From the NCBI GenBank assembly GCA_001662655.1, contig KV460236.1: a stretch of 64,000 nt of DNA. One strand, given 5' to 3'. Below are positions 50,846-63,537 of the stretch, in pieces. The stretch comes from Pseudogymnoascus verrucosus. Taxonomy: Eukaryota. The position numbers and the translations under genes were made by a program. Each line of letters opens with the position of its first letter. Position 1 is the stretch's first letter. The notes below the pieces were generated by a model. The model saw nothing but the letters and a program-made list of their open reading frames with translations, was not told the origin of the DNA and searched no databases.

Positions 50846-51961
50846 TCACGACGTTTTATTCTTCTTCAACGCCCTTAATTTACTTTTCAAAACCGACACG
50901 CCAGCCGCAGGAGCGAATGCCAACAGCTGATACAAATTGTTAGATGTCTGTCAGTCTATTACGAGACCAATCAATCAAACTCACTAAGGCGCCATGCCAG
51001 AAGAAAGTGGCAATGAACCAAACAATAGTGGAATTCACACCCTTCCAAAGCCGTGTCCTTGGATTTGCGCTCATCGCATTAGCAACGACAGATTTGGCGT
51101 ACTCCTCAGGCGGTGTCCTCTTGGGTAATTCAGCGCCAGAGGTATGGCGGTCCACGATCTCCTTTATAGGCATGTAAAGGGAGCCTGTAAGGTATTAATT
51201 AAACCCTCTTTAGTGGCTTTGAATCCAAAGTATAAAAATAAGAGGCATACCTTGAGGAAGGATAGCAGGAGGCTGGTTGTCAAAGTAGCCTGTTCTTATA
51301 GAGCCTGTCATGACGGTAATGACTTTAACATCAAAGGGAGAAAGCTCCAGCTCCAATGTATGGGCAATAGCATTAACGGCCGCTTTACTAGCGTTGTACA
51401 TGCCTATATTTGCGTAATAGTGTGTCAAATAGTGTTTTTAATAATAGTAAGTGTAAAGTTCAGTTTTTACTAACCGTGATATGCCCAAGGACTGATGCCA
51501 GCAACAGAACTGATAAAGACCACCGTGCCGCTAGCAGCAATCAGGAGGGGAGAGAATTTTTGGGTCGTCTCGAGGAGACCAAAGACATTGACGTCGAATA
51601 TCTTTCGGGAGACGTTGACGTCGACATCTAACAATGGTAAAGGGCATCCTGGAGTGTTGTCGTTAGTTACTCTCGACAACCGTCCATTGAAAGTCTACCT
51701 ACCGAGCCCGGAACTGTTGACCAGGGTATCTAACGACCCTCCTGTCTGTCTCGTGATTTCCGCAGCCGCAGCATCTATTGACTTGGAGGAGGTGACGTCG
51801 AGGGTGAGTACTTCGATGCCGAGTTGTTGGAGATGCTCGACTTTCGAGATACTTCGCGCTGTGGCGAAGACTCGGCAGCCTTTGTGGAGGAATTCTTGGG
51901 CGATGGCATCGCCGATGCCACCTTTGCTGGCTCCAATGACCAATGCTGTTTTACGGGCCAT
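50846..51961 (-). CDS. Classical short-chain dehydrogenase/reductase, Ayr1-like (exons 51961-51703, 51648-51475, 51403-51251, 51184-50985, 50926-50846)
   Basis: IGASKGGIG Rossmann motif, VFATAR, LDVT, LVNSSG, FDVNVFG, catalytic YNASK. Four introns give a continuous frame; the last exon is less certain. Confidence 0.9.
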
Positions 51962-52939
51962 GATGGAAAACGCGTTTTAGAGAAAAGAAAAGAGCGCACA
52001 GCAAGACTTATCTGGAAGTTATAATTAACTCTATCAAATCCTATCTACAAACTCGGCGAAGTGCTTATGTCAGAACAGCGCTCTTGGGAGTAAGCTCTAA
52101 TCCTGATCTAGATGGGAAAGGTTTATATATAGCGTAAGGCACAAGTGAGCCGATAACACAAGCAAGTTGATAGTTTTCATTTTAAGAGCTGATATCATAC
52201 GCTATTGTTGAGATAACTAGGGGTCGGTTAGATGAATGCGAGTATAACTGAAAGATGGAAGATAGAGAGCCAGGCATATATGGTACCTTTGGAGTACAAA
52301 CATCCAGGGTGCACAGCCACAAGCGTCTGGAAATGGAACCCGTCAAATATAACTAAGTGAACCGGCGACACCCAATTCGTCTCCAACTGTACTTGCTATA
52401 CTATAGATAGCACGAAGAGAGGAACACCACACTGCATATACTACGAAATAGCAGCACGTCGTCAGAGTGAGACAGGAAGGCAGTGGGGGTAAGGCAGTGG
52501 GAGTAAGACGGTGTGCCTAGGTAGTGTTGGTGTAGTACTCTATCTATAGTAGGGGGAGTAACTACTTGGAGGAGTACTACCAGCCAGAGTACTACCTACT
52601 CTATACTACAGTATGGTCGATAGATGAGGGGAAGGGACGAAAACATCCCTCCTCCTCCTCTCACACCCGTCGGAGAAATATATCAGACTACACACAGAGA
52701 GAGAGAATATGATATCGTCAATGCTGATGAGCAATAGCATCCTTCTTATACGTCCTTCTATACGTCGTGTGTTTTATGCATGGTGTATTAACAGAGTACT
52801 TATATGAGGTAATACTAGAATATTAGTCCTGTTAGTTCCTACTCCAACTGCCACGGCAAGAACGACTCGTAGCTCCTGCCAAATGCACAAGGCTGTGATG
52901 CGATTACCGAGGCTGTAGGAGGGGGGGGTGTTAGGGGGG

Positions 52940-53020
52940 AACTACGACTGAGCTACGACTAAACCACGACTAACCACGCCTAACCACGACTAAACTACGA
53001 CAACTACGACAACTTCGAAC
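52940..53020. repeat. Degenerate minisatellite of ~10-11 bp (ACYACGACTA-like) x~7
   Basis: ACTACGACTG AGCTACGACT AAACCACGAC TAACCACGCC TAACCACGAC TAAACTACGA CAACTACGAC. Confidence 0.8.
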
Positions 53021-53661
53021 TAGATTACTCCACGACGGCCCTACTAACACACGCTATTCTCGTTATTCTCGTTGTTCTCGTTATTATCCCCATATCCTGC
53101 CTCAGGTATCCACTATTTCTACTGTACTCTCCCACCTATGCCACCCACTCTATTCACTCTATTCGCTCCATTTACCTCCATTACGACAACCAAGAAGTAC
53201 TCGGTACATCTACTCCCCAGTCGGAGAGCGGGGAAATCACCCACAACCACCCACCACCACCCACCAATCCACCACTATCCACCGCTATCCACCCGCATTT
53301 CCCCCCCTTGTTCGCTGCTTGTACACGATACAAACCACACCTGGCTTGCACAAACACAAGTACAGGTACATGTACCACACATCTCATCTGTGGTCTGGGG
53401 AAATCGCATCTGGGGAAATCTTACCTCGTACCTCTTCCTGCCGACCAACCTTACTTTCCTCTACCACTCTACATACTAACGAACATCTATTCACCTGTCA
53501 TCCTTTGCGCAAAAGAAGCCAGGCAGGGCCAGGCGACATCAACATCACCCCTATCACCTCCAAACCCCCCCAAAAACGAAGCATCACACAAACCATCATT
53601 CTCATACTCCCGAAACTGGCTGCGACACACCACCACCACCCACCACCCACCACCCACCGCC

Positions 53662-56600
53662 ATGATGCCGCTCCCAGGCGTCGATACCGCCAGCCAGAGC
53701 CACGCATCCGACGTCGACCCCGACGCCAGCAGCAGGCAGAAGGCAAAGACCCTACCCTGCCGATACTGCCAGAAGCGCTTTCGCCGGCTTGAGCACGTCC
53801 AGCGCCACGAGCGCACTCACACAAAAGAGAAGCCCTTCCAATGCCTCTGCGGCAAGACTTTTGGGCGACGGTAAACCTTCCCCCCGCCGGCCCCACACTC
53901 CAGCGCATCAGGGACTAACATGATAATTGTAGGGATCTGTTGGTTAGACATGAGAAACTGGTACACTTGAATGAGAATAAGCACGATGCGAATAGGCACC
54001 ATGTAGCCACTGCCGCGGCGCGCGCAAACGCTGTCAAGGCACAGAGCAGACCGCAGGTCACAGCCGCCATCCCGAACCTCATCGATCCGGATCTGCTTGT
54101 GCAGCAGCCCAGCTATCCGCCCATACAGGACCTACGTGCGCGACCGCAGGAGGTTCCCATACAGCAGCAGCAGCAACAGCAGCCGCAGCAGCCCCAACGA
54201 CTACCCTGTTCGCTCGACCTCCTCTCCGACGCAGCAACCCACATCGCCTCATCAAACAACCACACCAACCAGCTCCCCCCCATCCACTCCCTCCATACCG
54301 ACAGCAGCGCCGAGCCCGAGAGCAAGCGCGCGCGCACGACCAGCTTCAACAGCCGAGCCGGACCCGAGGACAGCACACGGAGGGGCTCATATCATCACCA
54401 CCACGCCACGCTGAGCGAGGCACCGCAACCGCAGCCGCTGCTGGGGGATTATAACATCTTCCTCGACGATTTCGGGATCAGCTCGCATGTTTTCCCGCCG
54501 ATCGATGCGGAGGGGCCCGGGGGGATGACGTGGTCCCGTCCGATGGCACATGAGGGGTACGCAGACCCGTCACGGCAGAGCTACGATTCTCGCGTTGGTG
54601 GACCACCCGAGCAGGGCCAGCATAACCGCTTCGACTCGCGCTTTTCCTCCATCGCATCAGAGTACCAGTCACCCCCGCAGCACCCACGCACAGGCGAAGA
54701 CATCCGCGCCGCAGCCGCCGCGGCCGCCGCTCCACCCTGGAAAGTAAGCAGCCAGGAGCACCGCCACATGCAAGCCAAGGTCGACGAGTTCGCGTCTGTG
54801 CTACCGAGTGGTTTCGAGTTCCCATCACGCTACACGCTATCCCGCTTCCTCGAGGGGTACTTCAACGGGTTCCACGAACACGTGCCGTTCCTTCACGTGC
54901 CGACGCTTTCGGTGGCTGCGCTGGCGCCGGAGCTGCTGCTAACGCTCGTGGCGATCGGGGCGCAGTATCGGTTTGAGGCTCATCGAGGGAATGGGCTGTG
55001 GTATGCGGCGAGGGCGGTGGCGATTGAGCAGGCGACGAGGAGGAATAGTGCGTTGGTGGCGGAGATTGTGTCGCCGCCGCTGACGTGTGGGAGTGAGAGT
55101 GCCGGGTTGAGCCCGCCGCCTACGGGGAGGAGTTTGGGAGAGGGGGGAGGGGCGATGAATGGGGTTGTGAATGGGAATGGGCATGGGATGGAGAGGGTTT
55201 CGAGTGAGACGCATGATGGGGAGAATTTGTGAGTATTTTTCTTCATTCTTCGGATGCTTTTACGGCCTTCTTTTAAGGGGGATACACATACTAACAACAA
55301 CAGCTCCAACTCCCACACCGCCCGCCTCGAAACAATCCAAGCCCTCTTCCTCCTTGTCGCAGTCGGCACCTGGGCCCCCCGCATCCTCCTCCGCGAATCC
55401 CTCACCCTCCGCAGCTGGCTCGCGCAACTCGTCCAAGAATCCGGCCTCACCAACCCGTCCACCTCCCATCCCTCCCTGAGCTGGGAAGAATGGGCACGCA
55501 TCGAAAGCGAGAAACGTACCAAGTTCCTCGTCTACTGCTTCTTTAACCTCCACTGTATCGCCTACGACATGCCCTCCCCCCTCGCCTCAACTTCCATCCA
55601 CATGTCCCTCCCCCAAACCGCGCGCGAGTGGAAAGCCCCCAGCGCCCGCGAATGGGCAGATATCCGCCAATCCTCCCCCCCTTCCGAAATCCCCTTCCTC
55701 ACCGCCCTAGCGCGGCTCTTCGACCCGCCCTCCTCCCCCGCCGCCGACCTTCCGCCACCGCTTCCCCCGACCTCAGCGCTGGGGAATTACATCCTCATCA
55801 CCGCGCTGATCCAGCAGATCTTCCTCCTCCGCCAAACAACAGCAATCTCACACCCTCATCTCCCCCCCAACTCCCTCCCCGCCAGCCACCTCGCTAGCCT
55901 CAGCCACGCGCTGAAGAACTGGCAAGCCTCCTGGGAACGCACTCCCGAATCCTCGCTCGACCCTACAACGCCCGCCGGCCCAATAGCATTCAATTCCACC
56001 GCCCTGCTACGACTAGCTTACATCAGACTCCATAGCGATTTACCACCCAACCCCTATCTAGCGTTACGGGACCCGGTGATGATCGCGAAGGCGTGGGCGG
56101 AGGGGGGAAGGGTGGGGAGAGGCGAGGGCGTGGCGAGGGCCGTGCAGCAGGCGGTGTTGGCGCTGGGGGTGCCGATTAGGATTGGGATTGCGTTTGTGGC
56201 GCGGACGCAGACGTTTGGGTGGAGTATTCAGCATAGTCTTTGTAATGTTGAGTGTGCGGTTTTGCTTTGTGAGTTCCCCCACCCCTTTTCTTTCTGTCTC
56301 TCCCTTTTTTTGGGGGGGATTTTTGGAGTGGCTGGCTAATAAGTACACAGGCAAATGGCTCGAAACCATCTCCCTAACCCCACACTCCCTCACAACAGAC
56401 GAACGCAACATCCTCGCCATGGTCCGCAACATGCTCGAGGAAACCGAATACGCCGCTCCCCCCGCTACCTCCCACCCCTCCTCGACCTCTCACCCCTCCA
56501 CCTCATCCTCCTCCACCACCGGAATGGACTCGTCACCCGAAGCAGAAGGCCAGCGCATCAGAGCCCTCGGAGCGGCGGTCGTGAGACTCTGGGCGGAGAC

Positions 56601-56703
56601 GTTTAGGGGGACGCAGATCTTTGATATTGTGCGTGCTATGGGGAGGGCGTTGGAGGTTTATGGGGAGGGTGTTGAGAGGGGGTTTGGTGGGGGTGGGGGG
56701 TGA
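53662..56703 (+). CDS. C2H2 zinc-finger transcription factor with fungal TF middle-homology region (exons 53662-53870, 53933-55228, 55304-56268, 56351-56703)
   Basis: CRYCQKRFRRLEHVQRHERTHTKEKPFQCLCGKTFGR|RDLLVRHEKLVH. MHR motifs YFNGFHEHVPFLHVPT, AIGAQY, SWEEWARIESEKRT, WERTPES and FNSTALLRLAYIRL. Confidence 0.93.
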
Positions 56704-58136
56704 AGAAAGGGGGGTGTGGGATGTTTAACTTAAGACGATGGAAGCCCTGGCAGGGTAGAGGGGCGCTGAGGAGACATGTAATAATGTCTGGAGCGCGATG
56801 AGACTTTCGGCCCCCTCGCAAGCTACGCATCGATCTGTGCAGTCGCGTGTCGGACCTGGATGCTGCGTGCATATCCCCTGCTGAGTCCGACAAGATCTGC
56901 TGGTACAAGAGCGCCTGCACGTCGGCGCGACAGAGAGAAGCGATAGAGAAGGTCGTCCTAAGGTGACTGAGCTTGGCGTGGAAGGGCGATGGAGTGGTTG
57001 CAGAGCGAAGGGCAGGAATGGCTTAGATGTTTATTTCCTGTCCTGTCTGGTCTTGTCGTCTTCCATGGGGCCACGAGGCACACAGGTCGGCGTACCTATC
57101 CCTACCTAGGGTGCGGAATCGAGACTTGGGAGGAGGAGTGGGAGGGGGGTGTATAAACTGCGGCTCCTGTGGGATTGAATGGGATGCTAGAGGAAGGAGA
57201 GCGAGGTGAAAAGAATAAGAATAAAAATTTAAGAATTTCGCTAGCGGAATTACTGGGTATTCTGTTATGACTTGAGTGAGTGGGCTGGTGTTTTTCGGTT
57301 CTCTAACCGTCCCCTCTTTGCAGGAGATGGGGTAGTATGCGCTATACTCGCGATGTGGAGGTTGAAGTAGGTGTATTGGTAATAATATGACACCAAGCCC
57401 GAACGGCGAATGGTGGTATGGTAAGGCAACAACAAAACTAGGATATGAAACAAGCCTCAAAGCGAGAATGCGTGGGGGAGATGAGACAAGCGACAAGACT
57501 GAGCACACGACCTATCACCTCTTACAGCCAACCCGTCTCCCACTCCCAAACACATCCAGGAAACATACCTACCTTTGCCACACGACCCGGTTCGACATCG
57601 GCTCATCCACCCACACCCCATCGGCACCTCTTCACACCTCCCCCCAAGCCACCCGGCCGGTCCGACACCCACACCGGCGTCCATCACACCACTCAACCCC
57701 CGTCCCTTCAGGGTGACAGGTGGCAGCGCACGGTTCACCTCACATCTTCACTGGTCTACAACAAGTAAGCAAGCACCAGACCCAAAAAAGCAAACAAGTA
57801 AGTGAGCAAGTGTGCAAAACAAGGTAACAAATCTCTCGTGTAACATTTCTTCTTACTATGTACATACACCCATCCATCCATCCAAACCAAAGCAAACCAA
57901 CTCGCACGTCTATGCCGCAAAATAAAACGCCAACGCCATGTTATGTGACCAATGAAACGCACCTCGATGCGTGGGGGGACGCAGCGGGGAGGGCTCTCCG
58001 AGAATGCGGGGTGAGACGAGGCTGTGGGGTTGATGGATTTCCGGCAAGCTGGGCGGCACTTGATCTGTACTCTTCCAGGCTGGCAGCTTCCACTTCCCTA
58101 GGCAAACCTCGCGCCTAAGCAAACTTCACGCTCAGC

Positions 58137-58847
58137 TCAAGCAAGCTTCGCCCTCTCCACCCCCATCGCCTCCCTCACCACCTCCAGCGCCCGTCTCTGC
58201 ACCTCCTCCCTCCCAACACTAACATCAATAACCACCACATCCCTCTCGCCCACCGGCACCTCCAAACTCTCCAACTGGCTCTTCACCATATCCTTCCCGA
58301 AATAATGGCCCTTCCGCCCCTCCACCCTCTTCAGGAGCGTTTCCTCGCTCGCGGACAGAAAAATGAAGTGAACCAGCACCCGAGGGTCGTTGTAGGGGGC
58401 TACGCGCATGACGTCGCGGTATTTGCGCTTGAGGGCTGAGCAGGTGACGATTACGCCCGAAGGAGAAGGGGGGGTGGGGGGGGAGAGGGTGGAGAGGGAG
58501 GAGATGCGGAGGCGGGAGAGCCAGTCCCAGCGGTCGGAGTCGGTGAGGGGGTGGCCGGAGGCCATTTTGGAGACGTTTTCGGAGGTGTGGTACTGGGGGG
58601 GTGTTAGTTGGGGGTTTATTGGTAAAGATGGGGCGGGAGGGGGGATGGGAGAGGGGGAAAGGGGAAGGGGGGGAGGGAGGGGACATACATCATCGCCTTC
58701 AAGGAAGGGGAGGTGAAGGGCTGAGGCGAGGTGAGAGGCTACGGTTGATTTTCCGCAGCCGGCGGGGCCGGTGATGAGCCAGATGTGCTTGTGTGCTGAG
58801 GGACCGGAGGAGGTGTAGGAGGGGGTGGTGGTGGTGATAGACTCCAT
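58137..58847 (-). CDS. Gluconokinase (thermoresistant glucokinase family; exons 58847-58689, 58592-58137)
   Basis: P-loop GPAGCGKST, EGDD|YH, KMASGHPLTDSDRWDWL, CSALKRKYRD, RKGHY and SQLESLE. Intron GTATGT..CTAAC..CAG. Confidence 0.95.
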   Translation of the reverse strand: MESITTTTPSYTSSGPSAHKHIWLITGPAGCGKSTVASHLASALHLPFLEGDDVCPLPPPLPLSPSPIPPPAPSLPINPQLTPPQYHTSENVSKMASGHPLTDSDRWDWLSRLRISSLSTLSPPTPPSPSGVIVTCSALKRKYRDVMRVAPYNDPRVLVHFIFLSASEETLLKRVEGRKGHYFGKDMVKSQLESLEVPVGERDVVVIDVSVGREEVQRRALEVVREAMGVERAKLA

Positions 58848-60544
58848 TGTGATGGGTGTTGTGTGGTATATTTTGAGGATTGTAGATGTGTGAGAGCGTG
58901 GATTCGGGTCTTGTTGTCTTAGAGTAGGAAGTGAGAAGGTGGTGAGAGTTCCGAATTCGGCAGGGTGAGAGTGGTGTGGTCTGAGAGCGGTTTTGATGGC
59001 CGGGCAGAGGAAAAGGGAGGGTGTAGATGTCGTCTGCTATATATGTAGTTTATAAAGCTCGTAGAACCAAGGGAAAAGTGAAATGACAGGTCGTAGGTTG
59101 TTTGATTCTCAGCCGTCAAAGTTCGTGCCACGAGTCACACGCGCGCATCCCTTAGTCTAACACAAACTCGCAGACGTAGCAGTATAGTCACCACAAACAA
59201 ACGCAGACTTTCCAGATTCCAAAAAGAGCACACGGAAAAACACACAACAGAGAAGAAGAGTTAGTTAAAATAGCCGTCAAGAGGAAAACCCAAAGATTTC
59301 ATAAAAACCGACTCGAAAACCGAGGGGCGTGATGTCACCCTTATAATGCCGTCTTAGTGTGGAACCCCTCCACACTCCTTTGGGTAAAGACAGGTACGAC
59401 GTAGGGTGAGAGAACACCTGGGTGGGACGGGCTAGCCCCCACACACAACCTCACCCCCCGGGGCCCGAGGCTGATCGAGCCCCGGCGGATGAGAAGGAGG
59501 AGGAGGAGGAGGAGGAGGAGAAGGGATAATTGGATAATTGCCGCTTTTGGGGCGGCGGCAAAATATGGGTGTGGTTGGTTGGTGGAAAGGGGGGGGGTCA
59601 AGTGACTTATGCATTTTCATTGTTATTTATTTATCCCCCATTCGTATCCGAGCGTACTGTAGGGCGTTGTTTACTTGTGTATACTGTAGACTGTAGAGGG
59701 TGGTGCTTCCCCACGACGCAATGCAGCCGGCCAATCTGCCGCGCATGCCTGTCGTGCGCCATACCCGCATACCCCCCAATGGAGTCGTGTGCATATATTA
59801 TGATGCACATATCCCCGCCATAACAGCCCTGTTTATTAGAATGCATACTTATATAATTAAGACTCCTACAGCCAGTGTAAGCAGCCAGCCTCGTAACGGA
59901 AAAAAGCCTTCTTCCATTTTTCGACCCTAAATAACATCCCACGCAGGTGCCGGTGCGTGGGGGGTGGAGTGTTAACTGTGTGCAGGGATAAATTACCCCA
60001 CTTAGACGGTGCGCGGGGCAGATGCGACCCAGTTTCTGGGAATAATCGTGGGGTGGGTCGGTACACGGGCCGATTGTTGCGGGTTATAATGCGTCCGAGT
60101 CGGAGAAAAAGAATATTTACAGGTAAGATATGAAAATGCTCAATGGAGATAAAGATACTGACGATTATTAGGATAAGTCCAAGCTTAGGTTAAAGGGTGT
60201 AAAAAAAAAGAAATCACTTGTGTGAACCGGTTTGAGTTATGTTTAAGTTTGACTTATTCTTGTGGCGCACATCAGACAGTTTCTATCACAATCTACCTCC
60301 TGAACACCACATATGCAGCAGCTAACCACCCCCTCGAGCCATCATCGAGGCTTTTTCGAGTCTATCATATCCAAAATGCTCTCTCTCATTTGAGGTACAG
60401 ATGCATCATAAGCTGAGTCTCTTCTCTCCCATCAGATGCCATCACTCATATCCCAACCTTCCCTCATCGCTCCAGATGCACCTCTCTCATATCAAAAACC
60501 TCCCTACCAATGCAGCTAAACACCTTTCATACCCAATCACCTTC

Positions 60545-62094
60545 TCACTGCAGATGCACAAGCATCATATCCGGCTCCTCCACAAATCCCCTCACCACCT
60601 CCGCCGCCTTCGCCATCGTCGCCCCATCCACAACCCTATGATCCGCAGACCAGCTAAAATTCATCACCTCCTTCCTGACCACCTCCCCGCTCTCCCCAAA
60701 CGCCGGAATCGTCCTCCTCTTCCCAATCCCCAAGATCGCAACCTCCTTCTCCACAATCACAGGCGCCACGTACGTCCCGCCGATATTCCCGATGTTGGAC
60801 AGCGTGACAGTGCCGCCTGTTAGGTCGGCAGTGGTGAGCTTACCGGCTTTGGCGAGGGCTTGGAGGCGCGCCAGCTCAGAAGCGATGGAGAGGATGGAGA
60901 GGGCGTTGGCGTTCTTGATTACGGGTACGAGGAGGCCCTGGGGGGTGTCCATGGCGATGCCGATATTGTGCTGTGCGCGCATAACTAGGGATGGCTTAGA
61001 GTCCGCGCCAACGTCGACGCGCGCGTTGAGGATGGGGTAGCGTCCGATGGCGAGGGACATGGCTTTGATGAGGAAAGGGAGGATGGAGAGTTTTGTGACT
61101 TGAGCATCGGCCGGGGGTGACTTGGCGAGGGATTTGTTGAGACGGTGGCGGAGGTGGAAGAGCGAGGAGACGTCGATTTCGTCGGCGTAGAGGAAGTGGG
61201 GGATCTTGAGGGAGGCGGTCATGGCTTTGAACATCTGGGCTTGCATGTTGGTGAGCTGCGTTGGTGTTTCTTGCTGTGGGCCATGATCTGGTGCTGGGCG
61301 GGCGAGTTGTGCGGCGCCTGCTGCTTGGGGTGCCGGTGCTGCTTGTCCTGCGTCGCGGGCTTTGGCGAATTGGTACACGTCGTCCTTTGTTACGCGTCCG
61401 TCTCGTCCGGAGCCGTTGACGTCTGAGATGTCAACTTTGAGCTCCTTGGTGAGATGCCTCACTGCTGGTGTTGCGAGCGTGGCGTGCTTTCCCTTGGCCA
61501 CTACTGGCTTCTCACTTTCTGGCTTCGTCTCCTGTGGTGGAGCTGAGGAAGTATCTGGCTTGATGGTGCTCGCCAGACCCTCAGACCTGACACTCTCTGC
61601 ACCTACCTCACCTCCTAGTGGTGCAGCCCCGGCCTGCTCCACCGCCTCGGCGACCTCTTCTGGCACATCGATGTCGACGAGGGCCTTCCCCACCTTTGCC
61701 ATCTCTCCAGTATCATAGTGGAGCTTCTTGATCACACCTGAGAACCGCGATGGAATTTCCACAGATGCTTTGTCACTCTGGACTTCGCAGATCTTGTCGA
61801 ACTCCTCGACCCGCGCTCCGGGCTCAACGAACCATTGGATGATCTCACACTCTCTGATACCTGTAACCGTCAGTATGTTTCACTGACAAGCGTAATAACT
61901 GAACATAACAACACAAATAACAGAAAATCCTCACCTTCTCCAATATCAGCAAGCAAAAACGGCTTAACAACTGCCGCCCTCGCCGTAGCCGTAAACAGCC
62001 TCGTAGGATGCCTCCTCAACCCACGCTGCCTCGCGGGGTTCAACAAAGCTCTAGACAGCGGCGCCGCCGAAATCGAGGGTATCCTGACAGGCAT
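60545..62094 (-). CDS. Branched-chain alpha-keto acid dehydrogenase E2, dihydrolipoyl transacylase (exons 62094-61935, 61860-60545)
   Basis: Mitochondrial presequence; LADIGEG|IRECE...EVQSDKASVEI lipoyl domain; LATPAVRHL...GSGRDGRVTKDD E3-binding domain; SADHRVVDG catalytic motif. Confidence 0.96.
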
Positions 62095-62400
62095 ATTTAC
62101 TCAAGAAGACGATAGTAATCCCAATAAAAAAAACTATGCAGAAGCCCTCATTGTGCGGCATACGCTCTTTAAACCAGCAGTCCCCGCGTTCGACCTCAAC
62201 AACCCGCCCGGCCGATTCTAGCCGTCGTCTTAGACCGAGCCGCTGGTGACGTCCCACCTTCCAATCGACGGCGTATCGGTGGGGACGTGCGCGGCGCGGC
62301 GGCCGGTGGTGGTGTTTCTCCGGTCGCCGAGATTTTTGTTCCTGTAGCCTCTACAACGAGGCTGAACCTCACTTTCTGTAAAGCTACTACGTACTTCAAG

Positions 62401-63537
62401 ATGAATGTCACCAAAGCGCCATTGGCGCGCGCCCTCCTCCATCCCGAGCGCTTCACATCCATAGCCTATCCCATTCGCTCCCAACCTCTCAGCACAACAC
62501 TCCGCCGCTATGCCGACAAACCCACCCCCCCGACATCAGCACCGGCACCGGCACCAACCCCCGAAGAGCCAAAGCCGGTATCAGCAGCCGACCTTCCCTC
62601 GCCTCTCGCCGATGCGCCGCGAGCAACAGGAAAGGCGGTAGAACAATTCACACCAAAGCCGCTGCCGCGACCGATTGGGCTTCCGAGGCCGCCGCGTATG
62701 GGCGAGAATGCCGGGGTTGATACAAGGTCGTGGAAGCAGAGGCGTGATGACTTTGTGGATTATGATAAACATATTGTTAAGAGGAAGATTCTGTATGTTG
62801 TCCCCCCATATTCCTCCCATTGGAACTACGCTCTCCCATTTGTTCCCAGATGACTGTCCTCCAACTATCACATGAAAGTAGCTAACATCCAACGCAGTAC
62901 GCAGAAGATGGCCACACCCTACTTCCGCGAATGGTCCAACATGCGTCACCACAAAGGAAAAACCTTCGTCGCACCCCCTCGCCTCTTCAGAGCAGACCGC
63001 GCCCTCTACTTCCCCAACCTACAGGGCCAGACCCTCCTCAAAGACGCTGAGGTGCTAGACACTACACCCGTGCTGAGCGACAGAATCTCCGTCGTCTCCG
63101 TCTTCTCCAGCGCCTGGGCCGAGCACCAAGCTACATCCTTCGTAGGCAAGAAGGAGAACGCGGAACTGCATGAGGTAGTGGCTGCGAGTGGAGGACGGGC
63201 GCAGATGGTGCAGATTAACGTTGAGGAGAACCCGCTCAAATCAGCGTTGATTAAGCTGTTCAAGCCGAGTTTGCGGGCGAAGCTGGGGCGGGACGCGTGG
63301 GGGAAGTATTTTGTGGTCACAAAGGGGTTGACGGGGGAGATGAGGGATGCGATGGGGTTGCTGAATAGTAAGGTTGGATATACGTATCTGCTTGATGGGG
63401 CGTGTAGGATTCGGTGGGCGGGGAGTGGAATTGCGGAGGGGGATGAGAGGGAGGGGTTGGTTAGGGGGGTGAAGAAGTTGATTGAGGAGGCGAAGGGGAA
63501 GAAGAGTTCACCTGGGGGGACGAAAAGTTCGATCTGA
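62401..63537 (+). CDS. ATP10: Mitochondrial ATP synthase assembly factor Atp10 (exons 62401-62792, 62898-63537)
   Basis: Presequence; PLPRPIG, GENAGVDTR, RRDDFVDY, PYFREW, GKTF, ALYFPN, NSKVGYTYLLD and IRWAGSG motifs. Confidence 0.93.

Noticed and set aside
50846..62094. SDR + C2H2 TF + gluconokinase + E2 as a metabolic gene cluster
   Set aside because: No shared pathway, backbone enzyme or transporter; adjacency alone is not enough.
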